In this document: positions 26,262 to 39,886 of the stretch, piece by piece
How positions within the stretch are numbered: position 1 is the first letter of the stretch
Layout of the letters: each line of letters opens with the position of its first letter
DNA from: Octopus vulgaris
Taxonomy: Eukaryota
Length of the DNA stretch: 64,000 nt
NCBI GenBank assembly: GCA_951406725.2
Contig: OX597819.1
Coordinates: 37,076,001 to 37,140,000 of the forward strand
Reading direction: 5' to 3'
Position numbers and translations under genes: made by a program
Notes under the pieces: model-generated
Seen by the model: the letters and a program-made list of their open reading frames with translations, nothing else
What the model was told of the DNA's origin: nothing
Databases searched by the model: none

Positions 26262-27289
26262 AGAGAGAGAGAGAAAGCTAATATGGAATCTCTAATAGGT
26301 CTTTGCACAATGTAATCTTTATACAAATATAATGTCTACATAAACGTATGTTTACACACGCACGCACGCGCGTGCACACACTCACACACACACATACATA
26401 TGCATGTATGTCTATATGTATGTGTGTATATGTGTATATTTTTGTAAAATCGACAGCAGAGAAGAATGGCGGAAAGAAAATTAGTACGAATTGTGTTTAG
26501 TTTTGGAGAAGACATCATGAGGTGTGTAATGACTGACTGAAGGTGGTGAAATATGTCAACATAACAATTTACCTACAAACATCGATGTATAGGTAATGAA
26601 ACATTGATTAATTGGTAAATCAATACTGTTCCAATAGAAGCGAGGAACATTATAGAAAACATGAAATGGAAGCTGTGTTTAACGAATCCTTCTAAGCACC
26701 GACATTGGTAATGTGGTTTATCTATTAGGCCTTTCAGACTATAATTACATATAGAAATCTGAGGAATGCATTTACGGCTATTTAAACTGGTCTTCGACAT
26801 CATCCGTGAGCTAGTTAGATTTGTATTGATTACAACTCATTTAACAAAGCTTTCTAATTTACAATGCTGTTTAAATGTTTGGCCAATGGGGAATCAATAG
26901 GCTATAATGAATTAACTGGAGATCATTTAACGTATGGAAAGACATGACGAAAGGAAAAAAAGCCTTTCATTTAATTGTTTGCCGTTCACAAAGTAGGTAC
27001 GAACGTTACATGTTTGGTGGTTCCGTTGAATTCATCTATCTGTTTGTTTTTTAACAAGTACGAAGAAGAAAATATATACGAACAGAAATGTTAGTTGAAC
27101 CATCGAATTAGATTAAATCACACTAATTAAATTTATTTTGAGAAACAATAAAAAAGCAAGTTTTATTCTTTACTAAAATTAGGTCGCATCCAAAAAGGAA
27201 ACAGATATGCTGAGATAGTTAAATACAAGACTTTTTTTCTTTCTTGATAACAATTATAGGTAATATTCAGATATTGCAATAATTGATTA

Positions 27290-27712
27290 CTCTTTCCACC
27301 ATAGGCACAAGATCCGAAATTTTGGATGCAGGAGTATTTAACTGGTACTTATTTCATCACCCCGAAAGGATGAAAGGAAAAATCGACTTCAGCAGAATTT
27401 GAAATCAGAGCACAAAGAGCCAGAATAAATTCTGCTAATCCTTTTGTCCCATGCACTAATAATTCTTCCAGCTCGTCGCCTTCATGCACTAATAAATAAT
27501 CCATTCTACTATAGGCACTTGGTCTAAAATTTGGTAGGAAGGAGATAGATGACTACATCGCCCCAAGTGCTCAACTGGTACTAATTTCATCGATACAGAA
27601 AAGATGAAAGGCAAAGTCGACCTCGGCGGAATGTGAACTCAGAACTTAAAGACGACCGAAAAATCGCGATGTATTTTGTTCGGCGTGCTAATAATTCTGC
27701 CAGCTCACCACC
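27290..27712 (-). mobile_element. Two adjacent SINE family A copies
   Basis: Each has ACTGGTACT...GATGAAAGG..AA.TCGAC.TC..C.GAA..TGAA.TCAGA and ends CCAGCTC..C.CC. Confidence 0.8.
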
Positions 27713-28285
27713 TCCTGGGGATGATTAATACTAGATGAAAATTATGCATGTGCATATGAGAGAACGATAAACTGGCATGACAGCGTAGTTTAAAGTTGAG
27801 CCCTGGTAGGATATTATACGTGAAGCTGATTTGTAAATAGTAAATGTTTGTGACGTCTTTCTTGGACGTGTTAAATACGTAGAAGTGATTCTTAAGCTAC
27901 CTGTTTAGTTCATTGATAATCTCATATTGTGTCATATATCGTCTGAGAACAATATATGCTGAAATAAAAATATCCCAGGTTAAGTTAATATATAAAATAG
28001 GTTAAGTGAAATAGGGAATTTCCAGTAGGTCTTGGCGGTTAGTGTTAGGTCCCTGCTCATTAAATTAATGATCCACAGACACGAAATTTTAACGCCGTTT
28101 TTAAGCCGAATATATTAAGATTGGAATTTTGAATTGCAGAGAGGAGGAGAGAAGGAAAGGTGAGAGAGTTTCCAAAAGGATGAAAGGCGATGCTAGCATT
28201 TCGTACGTAATAGCTGTGTATCATAAAACGAAAGTATTAGAAGACAAAGCTTTTGATAAAATGAAAGCAATTGTATATCACATGC

Positions 28286-28326
<41 letters not shown>

Positions 28327-28644
28327 AGCATGTTGAAAGATAATACTTATCCAGAGAGGGTGATAAAGTGATTAATATATAGAGAGAGTGGAATGTGTGA
28401 AAGAGAGAGAGAGAAAGCCTTGTGGTGCCAGATAGAGAGTAGGAGTTATATCGATCTAAAAGTTGAATTATTTCTCGTAGCAAATTATATATTTTTTAAT
28501 TATTATTTACGGGCAACCTTCTCTATGAGACGCAGATTTCAAAAATCAAATTCGTTTTTCTCGAGGATGCACCGTTTCAGTGTCTTTTGGGGCTGAACAT
28601 GACATGCACATGTAACAACATACACTCTTATTTATAAGTAATAA

Positions 28645-28689
<45 letters not shown>

Positions 28690-29646
28690 CATACAAACCT
28701 TACATATATATGTGTGTATATATATATAATATGAATATATAAATACAGATATGTATACATATATATATATGACTAGGTTTGTGCGTGTATATATGTATTG
28801 GGCCAACATATGCGATTTCATGCGTATGTGTGAATGTGTGTAGATGTGGGTGTCTTAATCATCAATTGTGTTGTTACATATTAGTAGCTGTACCAGAACA
28901 TGTTCTTAAGAACAGCATGATTGTCATGCGATCCCACATTCCTTTCGTTAAAATATTTAGTATTCTTCTGTTCATCTAAAGAATCAATAGCAAGTAAGAA
29001 ACTTAGCCAGATATATTCAGAAAATTAGATCGTCCAATAGAGATAACCGTTATTTATATTGAATTCTTATCTTCTGACATAATCTAAATATTTGTATATA
29101 TTTCATACATTCAGGGCATGAACTGAAACACTTTTTTTTCTTTAAGAAGATCAACGATCTTTATCTCTTTCAATCCATTTCACATAATAACTATAGCTTG
29201 ATCTTTTCTTTAGCTTCGCTAAGGAAAATATCTTGCAAAGATCAAAAAGATTGCTTATTTTTCTGTCGATGTTTTCTCTGAAAATGTCATTTCCGGTAAC
29301 ACCTATCTGTATTGGAAATCTTTATGGCTCATCTCGAAAATAAGTACAAACTACTGCTTCAGTCAATCTGAAGGTTATAACAGTTGTTAGCGATCAATAT
29401 CCGCTTGCTGAACATCGTATTGGGTTCTATGTGAATAGCCCAGAACGTAACGATTAGAGATACATATTGTGAGAGAAAGACATTAGCTTTAGTTGCCAAG
29501 ATATATCTAATGGATAGGATTCTCAAAAAAAATCCATAAAGGAAAGCTGCTTAATGATATAGTTGTGTACGCGCGTGCTCACACGTACCAATAAACCTGT
29601 ATTTATTTGTGAATTTACAAATACCTAAGTAGTATATGTGTGTATT

Positions 29647-29925
29647 TTGTTCCTTCTCAAGCCGTGCATAGCTCATAAGGGCCGGTTTCCCGGTTTCCTG
29701 GACGGGACACCGGTCCGTCGCAGGTGAGCTGCAAGACGCAGCAGGAAAGAGTGAGAGAAAGTTGTGGCGAAAGAGTCAGCAGAAGTTTGCCATTACCTTC
29801 TGCCGGAGCCGCGTGGAGCTTAGGTGTTTCGCTCATAAACACACACATCGCCCAGTCTGAGATTCGAACTCGCGATCCCTCGACCGTGAGTCCGCTGCTC
29901 TAACCACTAGGCCATGTGCCTCCAC
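29647..29925 (-). mobile_element. tRNA-derived SINE (family C), copy 1
   Basis: Head GTGGAGGCACATGGCCTAGTGGTTAGAGC...GAGTTCGAATCTC; 14-bp TSD TATATGTGTGTATT (29633-29646 / 29926-29939). Confidence 0.92.
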
Positions 29926-29975
29926 TATATGTGTGTATTGCATGTATAATATTATAAATCTATTACAGCCAATCT

Positions 29976-30056
29976 TACCAATCGGTTTCGCACTAGGGGT
30001 TCAATGGAATGTTAGGTAACAGTCCGGTTATGTAACCCTGCGCTCATCAGCTCTCC
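29976..30056 (-). ncRNA. Hammerhead core lacking the 3' strand of stem I
   Basis: CTGATGA-GCGC-AGGGTT...AACCCCT-A-GTGC-GAAA-CCGATTGG-TA; sequence after GUA does not pair with upstream GGAGAG. Confidence 0.5.
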
Positions 30057-30189
30057 TGTGTGAACCCTCTGTCCGGCGTTCGCCAGGATAGACCGCTAGC
30101 CACTAAACTGTTTTTCTATTTTCTCTCCCTGTTTATTTCTGTGTTCCTTTCTGTCCAAGAGCGTATGCTCGAAACGTAAAAGACTTCTT

Positions 30190-30418
30190 CGCTAGTGACA
30201 ATGCGCTTCCTCTCATTGCTTAAACTTTCGAATAATACGACTCAGTTGGCTCGCTGGGCAGGTCAACATTTCCTCTGAACAGAACGCCAGTCCTCTGCAG
30301 CTGAGTGGGCCGGAACAGCGCAAACTGAAGATTTAGCTCAAAAACAGAACGCACCGCCAGTCTGATAATCGAATTTATGATCATGCGAATAAACTCTGAC
30401 CACATGGACACTCGCCTT
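30190..30418 (-). mobile_element. Old SINE related to family D
   Basis: Decayed tRNA head and GTTTTTGAGC...CCGGCCCACTCAGCTGCAG block similar to 1898-2243. Confidence 0.55.
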
Positions 30419-30670
30419 TAATTTTTAGTATTATTGGATAATTGCCACTAAAATTTTTAATTGATTATATTTTCTAACGAAAACATGAGAGGCTGCCCTA
30501 ACTATTGCACTAGAGTTATCCCCATTCTGCAACCACCGATTGGTCACTGGCAGTCAACCAACAAATAATTCCATCTCTTAACTTGAACTGGCTAAAAAGA
30601 GTGAACATTTTATGCCAACTAATGTCAATCAGCTTCTGTAGGACCCATACTTTACCACTTAGCATCTGTA

Positions 30671-30738
<68 letters not shown>

Positions 30739-32429
30739 AAGCTAGGTGAATCATAAAACTAGAGATCGATTATGAGTGAGACTGAGGATCACTGTCAAAT
30801 ATGGAAAGAACTATTAGGTAGATAAAGTGTAAATCTTAGATTCATCGTTCATATGCTGACAGCCCCACACGTTTTGTGAGGAACAAACCAACAAGCTTTT
30901 AATGTGTTAAGTTTACGTTAACATATTTAATACAGGCTCATAACACGAATTATAATGTTGCGGTGATGAAGAAACAATCCTCATCGTGAGGGAAAAAATT
31001 TAATGTTAGGCATCGTCTAACATTATTTTAATTTTTTCAGCAATTTCGGAAAACAACCCAGCATATGTTTTTGTCTTATTAAGCCTCTTCTGTTAAGTAT
31101 AAACTTCAGCGTTCTTCCTAAGTAGGTATATAAAAAAATGCACCAATCATGTGTATGTTATTTTATTTATCATTACATTCAATACATCGTTATAAATCGT
31201 AAATACTATATAATTAACGTATAGTTCATTCGCATTAGTACTAACCTAAAATTCTCACATAAATTTATCTTTAATAGAAGTAAGATTTGCAAGGCTAATT
31301 TGCTTCATATATACAAACAAGTATTAAGATGTTTTGTGATACCCCAACTTGTTGATTAATGCACATTTATAGTAAAACACGGTTCATTTTTATTGCTCAG
31401 CAACAACGAGACATTAAGTATATTCGATCTAAAACTATGGCTGTTGTTTCAAATTCATATGTTTACGAGAAACATGTTGTTTTGCAAGTGCTTTTTCTCT
31501 GATTAATGTAAGCTAAAGGGTTTTAATCATGGTGTTTACAGAACTATAACCAGGAGTCGGTGAATGGCTCTTGAAAAGAAAGAAATTATATATTATTGTG
31601 GTATTGGGCAATTTAGATGCCGTTATTGCAAAATAGAATTTAATATTAATTTATGATAAACTATGTTTTAATTATTCTTACAAGTTCATACAATGCAAAC
31701 TGGAAAAAAAAAACTAAAAGAGCAAAGAATGTAATAGCAGTGATAAGAAAGAAATGAAAAGTCATAAATGAAAATTATGACGATAATGAGGATGGCATCG
31801 ACGATAAAAAGTGGAAATAAAAAGAGAGAAAATAATTAAAATTCAAAAGAGAAAACTAAGAACTTTATACCTGTAAACAGAATAAAAGAAACAGTATTGT
31901 GAGATAGGTAAGCTTCGGAAACATGAAAATATTGAAAATATTATGTATGTTCTTTATCAATAGTCTTTAATTTAGAATAAAAAGTTAATCCTTGAATTCA
32001 AGTCTAATAATTAGTCTTCCATTTTTATTGTAATATCAATATTTGTAAAGTCAGTCATTTGACTTTCAAATATGTCGCCCAAAACTTAGTCTGAGCAAAA
32101 ATAAACAGGAAAGCACACTTTATCATGGAAACTAAAATTCCGTCAATAAATGACCTTTTACTAGAAATTTCATTTTGTCTATATTCTTTACCAATCATAA
32201 ATAATATATAATAATCTTCAATGAATCTTATATCACTTAATATATCAATGTTTAAATCAGATTACGATCGAATAGTTTGTTTACTTGTTTGTTTTCAGAG
32301 GAGAAATCAATTTTAATTGCTGAAAGTTCAATGTGATGACTATTCATATTTATGAAACATTAAACTATTCTAATAAATCCATAAGAAATACTTATCATTA
32401 GAGAAAAGAACTAAAGAACTTTTTCTTGT

Positions 32430-32650
32430 ACTTTTTGCTTGTTTAAGTCATGGGACTCCGACCATACTGGCACACCACCTCAGTTTTCGTCGAACAAATC
32501 GCCACCAGTACTTATTTTTGTTAAGTTTGGTACTTATTCTATCGGTTTCTATTCTCGAACCCAGAAGTTACAGTGGACGTAAGCAAACAACGACTGATTG
32601 TAAAGCAGTGTGAGGACAAACACGAAACACGCCTGCGCAAACACACACAC
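32430..32650 (-). mobile_element. 3' part of SINE family B
   Basis: GTCGAACAAATCG...GGTACTTATTCTATCGG...AAGTTAC..GGACGTAA matches the reverse complement of 16170-16310. Confidence 0.65.
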
Positions 32651-32867
32651 CTACTACATATAAATGAAGACGAACATCATCCCACTATGTGATCGATTTG
32701 AAGAATTGTTAAGATATCAAGATATTTTCCTTAACATGAAACCAATGGTAGCCTTAATATATACATAAAGAAATTTTATCCACCAATGCGATGTTGAGAC
32801 TCATTCTCGTTGTTCGACATTTACGTGTATATATATTTATATTTGCCCTATAGTTTTTCCCTCTAAA

Positions 32868-32931
<64 letters not shown>

Positions 32932-32934
<3 letters not shown>

Positions 32935-33107
32935 TGTACTCCCACTTATTCGCGGTTCGGCATTCAAGGTCCCGGTTATTCGCGAAACTAATAATTGCTC
33001 TGCTCACGGAAGCCACCACATACTCGCGGAATCGTAAATATCCTCCGCGATTTTTTATAGCTTTCTTCATGGCAATGTATACTTTTTCAAACTTTTTAAG
33101 ACTAAAT

Positions 33108-33181
<74 letters not shown>

Positions 33182-33476
33182 TACCGTATTCGTCGGTTTA
33201 CTGGACGCCCCTTCGCAGCTGATTAGAACAGCCGCGCATCACATCGCTTGATCTTTTTAGATACAAGTACAGTGATTCTTGTATCTCTTATTCATGCTTT
33301 CAATCAAAGCTTCCTAATTAATTTAGTGACATCTATCTTTATTTCACACATACATGCGTTTTTTTTTTTAAATCATCGCTACATTTGATCATACACTGTT
33401 TATTTCAACAGGATAATTTTTAAAGTCGTGAGCCAATATAACCTCATTGAAATTAGTTTACTTTCTGGTCACCCCA

Positions 33477-33542
<66 letters not shown>

Positions 33543-34680
33543 ATCATAGTATACATTACTGTATCTACTGGTAATACAAACTAAATTTTTCAAAACCATG
33601 ATTGTTTTTAATAAAGCCTCAGTTTTCCATTTGTAGTATGCGCATATTAGACGCGATGAAGAATCTTTTTTTAGGTTTTCTTTTGGAAAACCTGCCTCTA
33701 GTAGCTAACTCCAGTATTTTGTTGAGTGCTGCGTTTTTCGTAGCTTGTTATTAAAGCCCTAAGATGCCGCCCAAACGCCCTTCACTTTCCAAGGCTTCCG
33801 GCAGTGAATCTTAGCGTCAGAAAACGGTTATAACGCTCCATGCGAAGGCAAAATTGCTGGATATGTTCCACGAAGGTAAAAGTTATGCTACAGTATGTAG
33901 TTATTATGATGTCAACGAAAGCACCATACGCTACATAAAGAAGAACGAGGTGATGATCAGCGCTACTGGAGCAGTAAGTTTCTGTGAAAGTGTCAAAAAG
34001 ATAACGATAATGAGAAGTAGGCACTTGGTCAGGATGGAATCTGCCTTGGCATTGTGGATTAGTGATTGCAAGAAGAAAAACATCCCTTGAGCGGTAACAT
34101 CATCCGCGAGAAAGCACGGAATTTATAACAGTTCGACTGAGGAGACGGAGCAGGAGGTACAGAAAAACCGCAACCAAGAAGATTTTCAAACCAGCAAAGG
34201 ATGGTTTGATTATTTCCAGAAACGGTTTAAAACAAAGTGTGTGTCTTTGCATGGAGAGGCAGAATCAGCCGATAAAGAAGCCACCGAGAAGTACCTCGAG
34301 ACTTTCAGGCAGATCATCGAGGACAAGGGATACAAGCTGGAAGAAGTTTGCGACATGGACGAGACTGGCTTGTTCTGGAAGAAGATGCCTTCCAGAACGT
34401 ACATCATGAAGAACGAAACCAGAACCCCAGGATTTAAAGCACAGAAGGACAGAGTGATGCTAATTACGTGTGGCAATGTTTCTGGCTCTATGATGAAACC
34501 AGGACTTATCTAAAAGTTTGCGAACGCGAGGGATTTCAAAAATAAGAATAAAAACCTGCTGTCTGTCCACTGGATGGACAACCTCAAGGCCTAGATTACT
34601 AAAAGTCAAGGAATACTTCCAAAATGTTTGTATGAATTCAAGGTATTGCTTGTTATGAATAATACTGGTGGTCGCTCATT
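32932..34680 (+). mobile_element. Tigger/pogo-family DNA transposon, 3'-truncated, with nested insertions in the 5' region
   Basis: TA|CAGTGTACTCCCACTTATTCGCG end; pseudo-ORF from ATG 33764: MPPKRP...VNESTIRYIKKNE (CENP-B-type HTH), SKGWFDYF, LHGEAESAD, MDETGLFWKKMPSRTYI, KDRVMLITCGN. Confidence 0.9.
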
Positions 34681-34754
34681 GCATGCCGGAAGAAGGTATG
34701 GCTATATGTGTGTCCAGGACTACGAGGGCTTCGAACCTGGACAAACAAATATGT

Positions 34755-34958
34755 GGAAGACATGAAGAAAAAAATGACGGAGGCATACAAAGGCATCACT
34801 TCTCAAGAGTTCTAACACTGCTTCGAACAGTGGAAAACGCGTCTGAACCAACACAATGCTTCAAAGGAGGAATTTGAAAGTGATAAAGGTGTAAACACGT
34901 AAAACTAAGTGAATAAAATAACATTACAAACTTCCGGTTTCTTTTGGGTACACCATCG
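34755..34958 (+). mobile_element. Mariner 3' end fragment
   Basis: EF*HCFEQWKTRL..HNASKGG C-terminal motif; ends TTCCGGTTTCTTTTGGGTACACCATCG|TA. Confidence 0.7.
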
Positions 34959-34997
34959 TATACGAAAGCAAGTAATATGCATATATATTTTTTTTTT

Positions 34998-35200
34998 TCA
35001 AAATGTGACCTCGTGTGTACTGTTGGCGATTTTTTTTCTCTGTCTTCCCTTCTCTGGATCTTTCCTTCTCCTATGTTTCCGACGAAGAGCTCCGCTCGAA
35101 ACGTTAAACCCTCCTGCTTTCCTTCTTTCCTGAGCGTCCAATAATACTATATTTGTTCCAGGTACTCGCGTTGTGTTTTTTTGTGTTTTCTTGTTTGGAT

Positions 35201-35205
<5 letters not shown>
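34998..35205 (+). mobile_element. Solo PLE-type terminal repeat; hammerhead core mutated (CCGACGA)
   Basis: Near copy of 13229-13445; motif at 35075-35109. Confidence 0.7.
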
Positions 35206-35269
<64 letters not shown>

Positions 35270-35413
35270 TTATTTATTTAAACATGGGCAAAAATGTTAT
35301 GCCTATGCTAAAATAAAGGTAATATACCTGTAGTATTTGGGATACTTTTATCCCTTAGACGGTAATTGTAACCTCTACCAGAACTAGCCTCATATATATA
35401 TATATATATATAT

Positions 35414-35615
35414 TTCTGTAAGTTGACTGCGGCTATGATGCGGTAACACCTTCAAGTGTTTTAGTTGAGCAAATCGAGCCCAGGACTTATTTTTTAAGCT
35501 TGGTACTTATTTTATTGTATCATTTGACAAACCGCTAAATCACAGCATGCAAATACACCAACACCGGTTGTCGAGTGGCGATGGGGCACAAACACAAAGA
35601 CACATGCACACACAG

Positions 35616-35648
<33 letters not shown>

Positions 35649-35864
35649 TGTATGTATGTATGTATGTATGTATGTATGTATGTATGCATGTATGTATATA
35701 CGACAGGCTTCTTTCAGTTTCCGTTAACCAAATCCACTCACAAGGCTTTGGCCGACTCGAAGCTATAATAGAAGACATTCGTTCAAGGTTCCACGCAATG
35801 GGACTGAAACCGGAACCATGTAGTTAGGAAGGAAGTTTCTTACCACACGGCTACACCTGCGCCT
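35414..35864 (-). mobile_element. Full-length SINE family B with (TACA)n centre
   Basis: Head AGGCGCAGGTGTAGCCGTGTGGTAAG...GGTTTCAGTCCC; collinear with 60259-60637. Confidence 0.85.
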
Positions 35865-35874
35865 GATATATATG

Positions 35875-35997
<123 letters not shown>

Positions 35998-36040
35998 GTG
36001 TGTGTGTGTATGTATGTATGTATGTATGTATATATATATG

Positions 36041-36076
<36 letters not shown>

Positions 36077-36124
36077 TATGTATGTATGTATGTATGTATA
36101 TATGTATGATTGTATGTATGTATG

Positions 36125-36163
<39 letters not shown>

Positions 36164-36639
36164 CTGTGAGTGTAAGTATATATGTAGGTAATGTATGCTT
36201 GTGCGCATGTATAAGTACAGATGTATGTGTTTATGTTAATGTATATAAAGAACACTTAGATATATGTATATTGTGTATACATATATATCTATGTTTATGT
36301 GTGTGAGAGAGAATTGAGCAAATACAGTTTATCGAGTAGAGGCAGGTGTTATGTATATAGTATAATTGAATAGCACCATTATTAACTGTTTATAACTTCA
36401 TGTACCGACTACGACACTCGACATAAAGCCAGGGCTTTATCTACTTTCATCAGCTCGAGGCTATCTTCAATTTAACTCTACCAGAATATTGTGGCAGTGG
36501 AGGATCGAGCAATACAAATGATTTGAAAAGATTGGTGTAGAAGATGTTGCATTCCACTTCCATTTTCTCTTTGTCAGTCATTGTGAGCTAATTCTTTTCT
36601 ACAAATGTTGTACGTCTTTCTTATAGAATCGTTTATATA

Positions 36640-37215
36640 TAGCCAAGAGTAATTGGAAACGTTCTCTCGGGGACAAGCCCGCCGTCGGCTGTACTCCTAC
36701 TACCATGTTGTGCGTCTTTGTTTTACAGTGCTTCTTCCGTGTTCGTCAACGAAGGAACGGCGTGCTTCCATGAAATTCTGTTTTCTATTGGGGGAAATGG
36801 CGGCCAAAACAGCTGTCGGACGCTGCGATGAGTAAAACACAAGTATACAACTGGTTTTTCACGCTATAAGAATGGTAACTTATCGCTTGAAGACCAATTT
36901 CGTTCAGGGCGCCCGTGGACCTCCCGAACGAATGAAAGCAACATGAAAATTCATGAACTGATGTTGAAGGACCGTCACTGAACAATTAATGGTCTTGCTG
37001 ATATGATTGGTGCGTTTTGAAGCTGCTGCCAATGAATTTTGAGCAAGGAACTGCGAATGAAAAGAGTTGCGGCAATATTTGTGCCTCGCTCGTTCACGGG
37101 AAATCAAAAGCAGTCATGACTGAATGTATGTAATGAACTGAAAGAACAGTTGGAAGTTGAATCGGACTCTTTTTCGAAGGTCATTATTGGTGTCGAAAGT
37201 TGGTAGTTATGACCT
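36640..37215 (+). mobile_element. Mariner transposase 5' fragment
   Basis: ERRASMKFCFLLG, MSKTQVYNWF, RSGRP, ELRMKRVAAIFVPR, VIIGVESW (decayed TGDESW). Confidence 0.85.
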
Positions 37216-37645
37216 CCACAGCTATCTGCGGAGGCCATTCGGGATCCTGTGTGAAGGCTAAAGGTGCTCCCTGATGATGCTTTTCCACCTCCTTTTCAAC
37301 CTCTCCGCCTCTATAGAAGAAGATCAATAATTCGTCATCCTAAGGGGGCGGGATATGCAATTCTTCCGTTGGCGGCACAGTTCCCGCCAACGGTATCTCT
37401 TCTCCTGCCGGTGGCACAACCCCAACCGACGTAGTTCCGGGACGTTCCGGTACTATGTCACCGACTGCCGGCAATGTCCCGTTTCTCTTCCTCTTCCTCT
37501 TTTTTTTCTTTTCAACTGAGGGAGGGTGCCTCTCCTCCATGACCAGGAGATTCGCCTCCCCATCCTCATCCCTAGGATCCTTCGGTGAGCACCCAATGTT
37601 TGAGGAGTCTTCCGCCTCCTCGGGTGCCTTCATTCCCTCTTTCTA
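37215..37645 (-). mobile_element. GC-rich fragment, possibly LINE (Tx1/L1-like) ORF1 region
   Basis: GC island with low-complexity P/E/K-rich frame containing KKKKRKRKR; no diagnostic domain seen. Confidence 0.3.
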
Positions 37646-37690
37646 TGGAAGAAAGTTTCTTACCACATATCCACGCCTGCACCTGATATA

Positions 37691-37723
<33 letters not shown>

Positions 37724-38185
37724 TGTATGTATGTATGTATGTATGTATGTATGTATCTATGTATCTATGAATCTATGTATGTATGTATGTATGTATATAT
37801 GTATGTATGTATGTATGTGTGTTAGTGTGTGTGTGTTAGTGTGTGTGTGTGTGTACCTGTGAGTGTAAGTATATATGTAGGTAATGTATGCTTGTGCGCA
37901 TGTATAAGAACAGATGTATGTGTTTATATTAATGTATATAAAGAACACTTAGATATCTGTATATTGTGTATACATATATATCTATGTTAGTGTATGTGAG
38001 AGAGAATTGAACAAATACAGTTTATTGAGTAGAGGCAGGTGTTATGTATATAGTATAATTGAATAGCACCATTATTAACTGTTTATAACTTCATGTACCG
38101 ACTACGACACTCGACATAACAAGACAGAGTTATATCTTCAGGAACGTAGCACATTTCCGGTAACAACAACAAGAACGACGACGAC

Positions 38186-38274
<89 letters not shown>

Positions 38275-38282
38275 TCCTTTAT

Positions 38283-38454
38283 CCTTTCTACTAAAGGCTC
38301 GAGGTCTGAAATTTGGAGAGAGGGGACTAGTCGACTACATTGGCTCCAGTGTTTCGCTGGTACTCAATTTATCGACCCCGGAATGATGAAAGGCAAAGTC
38401 GACCTCGGCGGAATTTGAATTCAGAATGCAGCTAACTGCTTTAACAACAACAGC

Positions 38455-38514
<60 letters not shown>

Positions 38515-38770
38515 TTCAAATTTTGCCACCTCGGACAGAACAAAATACCGCTAAGCTTTTGGCCTGAGAAATAACACTAAGTATTTGGCCTGAGATTTGA
38601 ATGAGTACGTCAGTCGACTTTGTTCTCAATACTTGTGACTTGTACTTTGTTTCAACGATTCCGAAAGAATGAAAAGGTAGAGATGATCTGGGTGGCAACT
38701 AAAATCAGAGCGTAAAAGGAATTAACTGAATTCCACAAGACATTTTGTCCAACGCTCTTCCAATTCTACC
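38283..38770 (-). mobile_element. SINE family A fragments interspersed with (AAT)n
   Basis: GGTACTCAATTTATCGACCCCGG...GAAAGGCAAAGTCGACCTCGGCGGAATTTGAA at 38360-38420 and a decayed copy at 38590-38770. Confidence 0.7.
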
Positions 38771-39314
38771 ATCTTCCATTCTTTCCAATAATAATAATGA
38801 TTTCTTGAATTGACCAAAAACCTCAGCTCCGTGAGTGAAGCGGTAATCCGGGATGTCTGAATCAGTGGGATAAAATAAAGCTATAATGATATTATTATAC
38901 CAGCGGTTACTTTGGGTGGTCTAGTAAGAGTAAGCTATATCAAATCATCCAGTAGTGATATAGTTTATCTAAGCGTAATAAGCGTAAACTATAGCTGACT
39001 AAATCGTCAGGTGTGTATCATTTGTACTTATTACATCTACCCTGAGTGATGAAGAGAAAATGGCCACACTTTCTATATACAACGGGACAAGCGTTTTATT
39101 GCTGGCAAGTGAGCAGTATTTCGTTATGTGACTACGTCACACTAGAAAGTATATTTGAGGTTTATTAAGTCAATTAATACTATGTTTTATCATCACTTTC
39201 ATTATAAGGTTATCTCCGTTGACTTCAAAGTTCAAAGCCAGCACTTGTAACGACGTTTCGTAAACAAATACGCCAATGTACACAATGCGATCGAAGAAGG
39301 AAAAAATAAGTAAT

Positions 39315-39360
39315 GTTTGTATATGCATATTTCGATAATTATTGTTCTCTCATCAGCACC
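39315..39360 (-). ncRNA. Hammerhead motif (stems partly decayed)
   Basis: GGTG-CTGATGA-GAGAA-CAATAA-TTATC-GAAA-TATGCATA-TA-CA. Confidence 0.55.
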
Positions 39361-39592
39361 TTATCCAACCGATCATCTATCCACGATCCCATTGCTAGGT
39401 TCAGTTGTGTAACACAATAAGGTAAACCAATATGCCTATTTAAATACATTCACATTTGTGACAACTCGTATGAATATTTAATTACTGGTAATGCGCCTAT
39501 AATTCGTTATATTACTACAACACACGACTAATTATATTAAATATAGTGGGTATTTAAGCAATGTAATCATGGATAGTTGATAGGTTGGATGA

Positions 39593-39638
39593 GGTGCTGA
39601 TGAAACAACAATGATTCTCGAAATATGCATATGCATTC
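39593..39638 (+). ncRNA. Hammerhead motif (decayed; G at the cleavage position)
   Basis: GGTG-CTGATGA-AACAA-CAATGA-TTCTC-GAAA-TATGCATA-TG-CATT. Confidence 0.4.
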
Positions 39639-39886
39639 ATCACATATTTTTCTGTCTTCGATCGCATTGTTTACATAGTCGTTACTTACAGAGTTGGCTA
39701 TGAACTCTATAGAAAATCAATAGAGACAATCTTATGAGGACAATTATTATGATTTATAAAATATTTCCTCCGGTTTTCTAGCATTTATATTTTACCACTC
39801 TCTCTGCTAAGATTTATAGTAAAAATGATTTTACTTTGTTTTTGATAGGCATTTCTTGTGAAATTGAACGACACTAACCTGAAAAG

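Larger units (their letters stand above)
39203..39737. repeat. Imperfect inverted repeat (39203-39396 / 39556-39737) with a hammerhead motif in each arm
   Basis: Arms align by eye (e.g. ACAATGCGATCGAAGA / TCTTCGATCGCATTGT). Confidence 0.8.
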
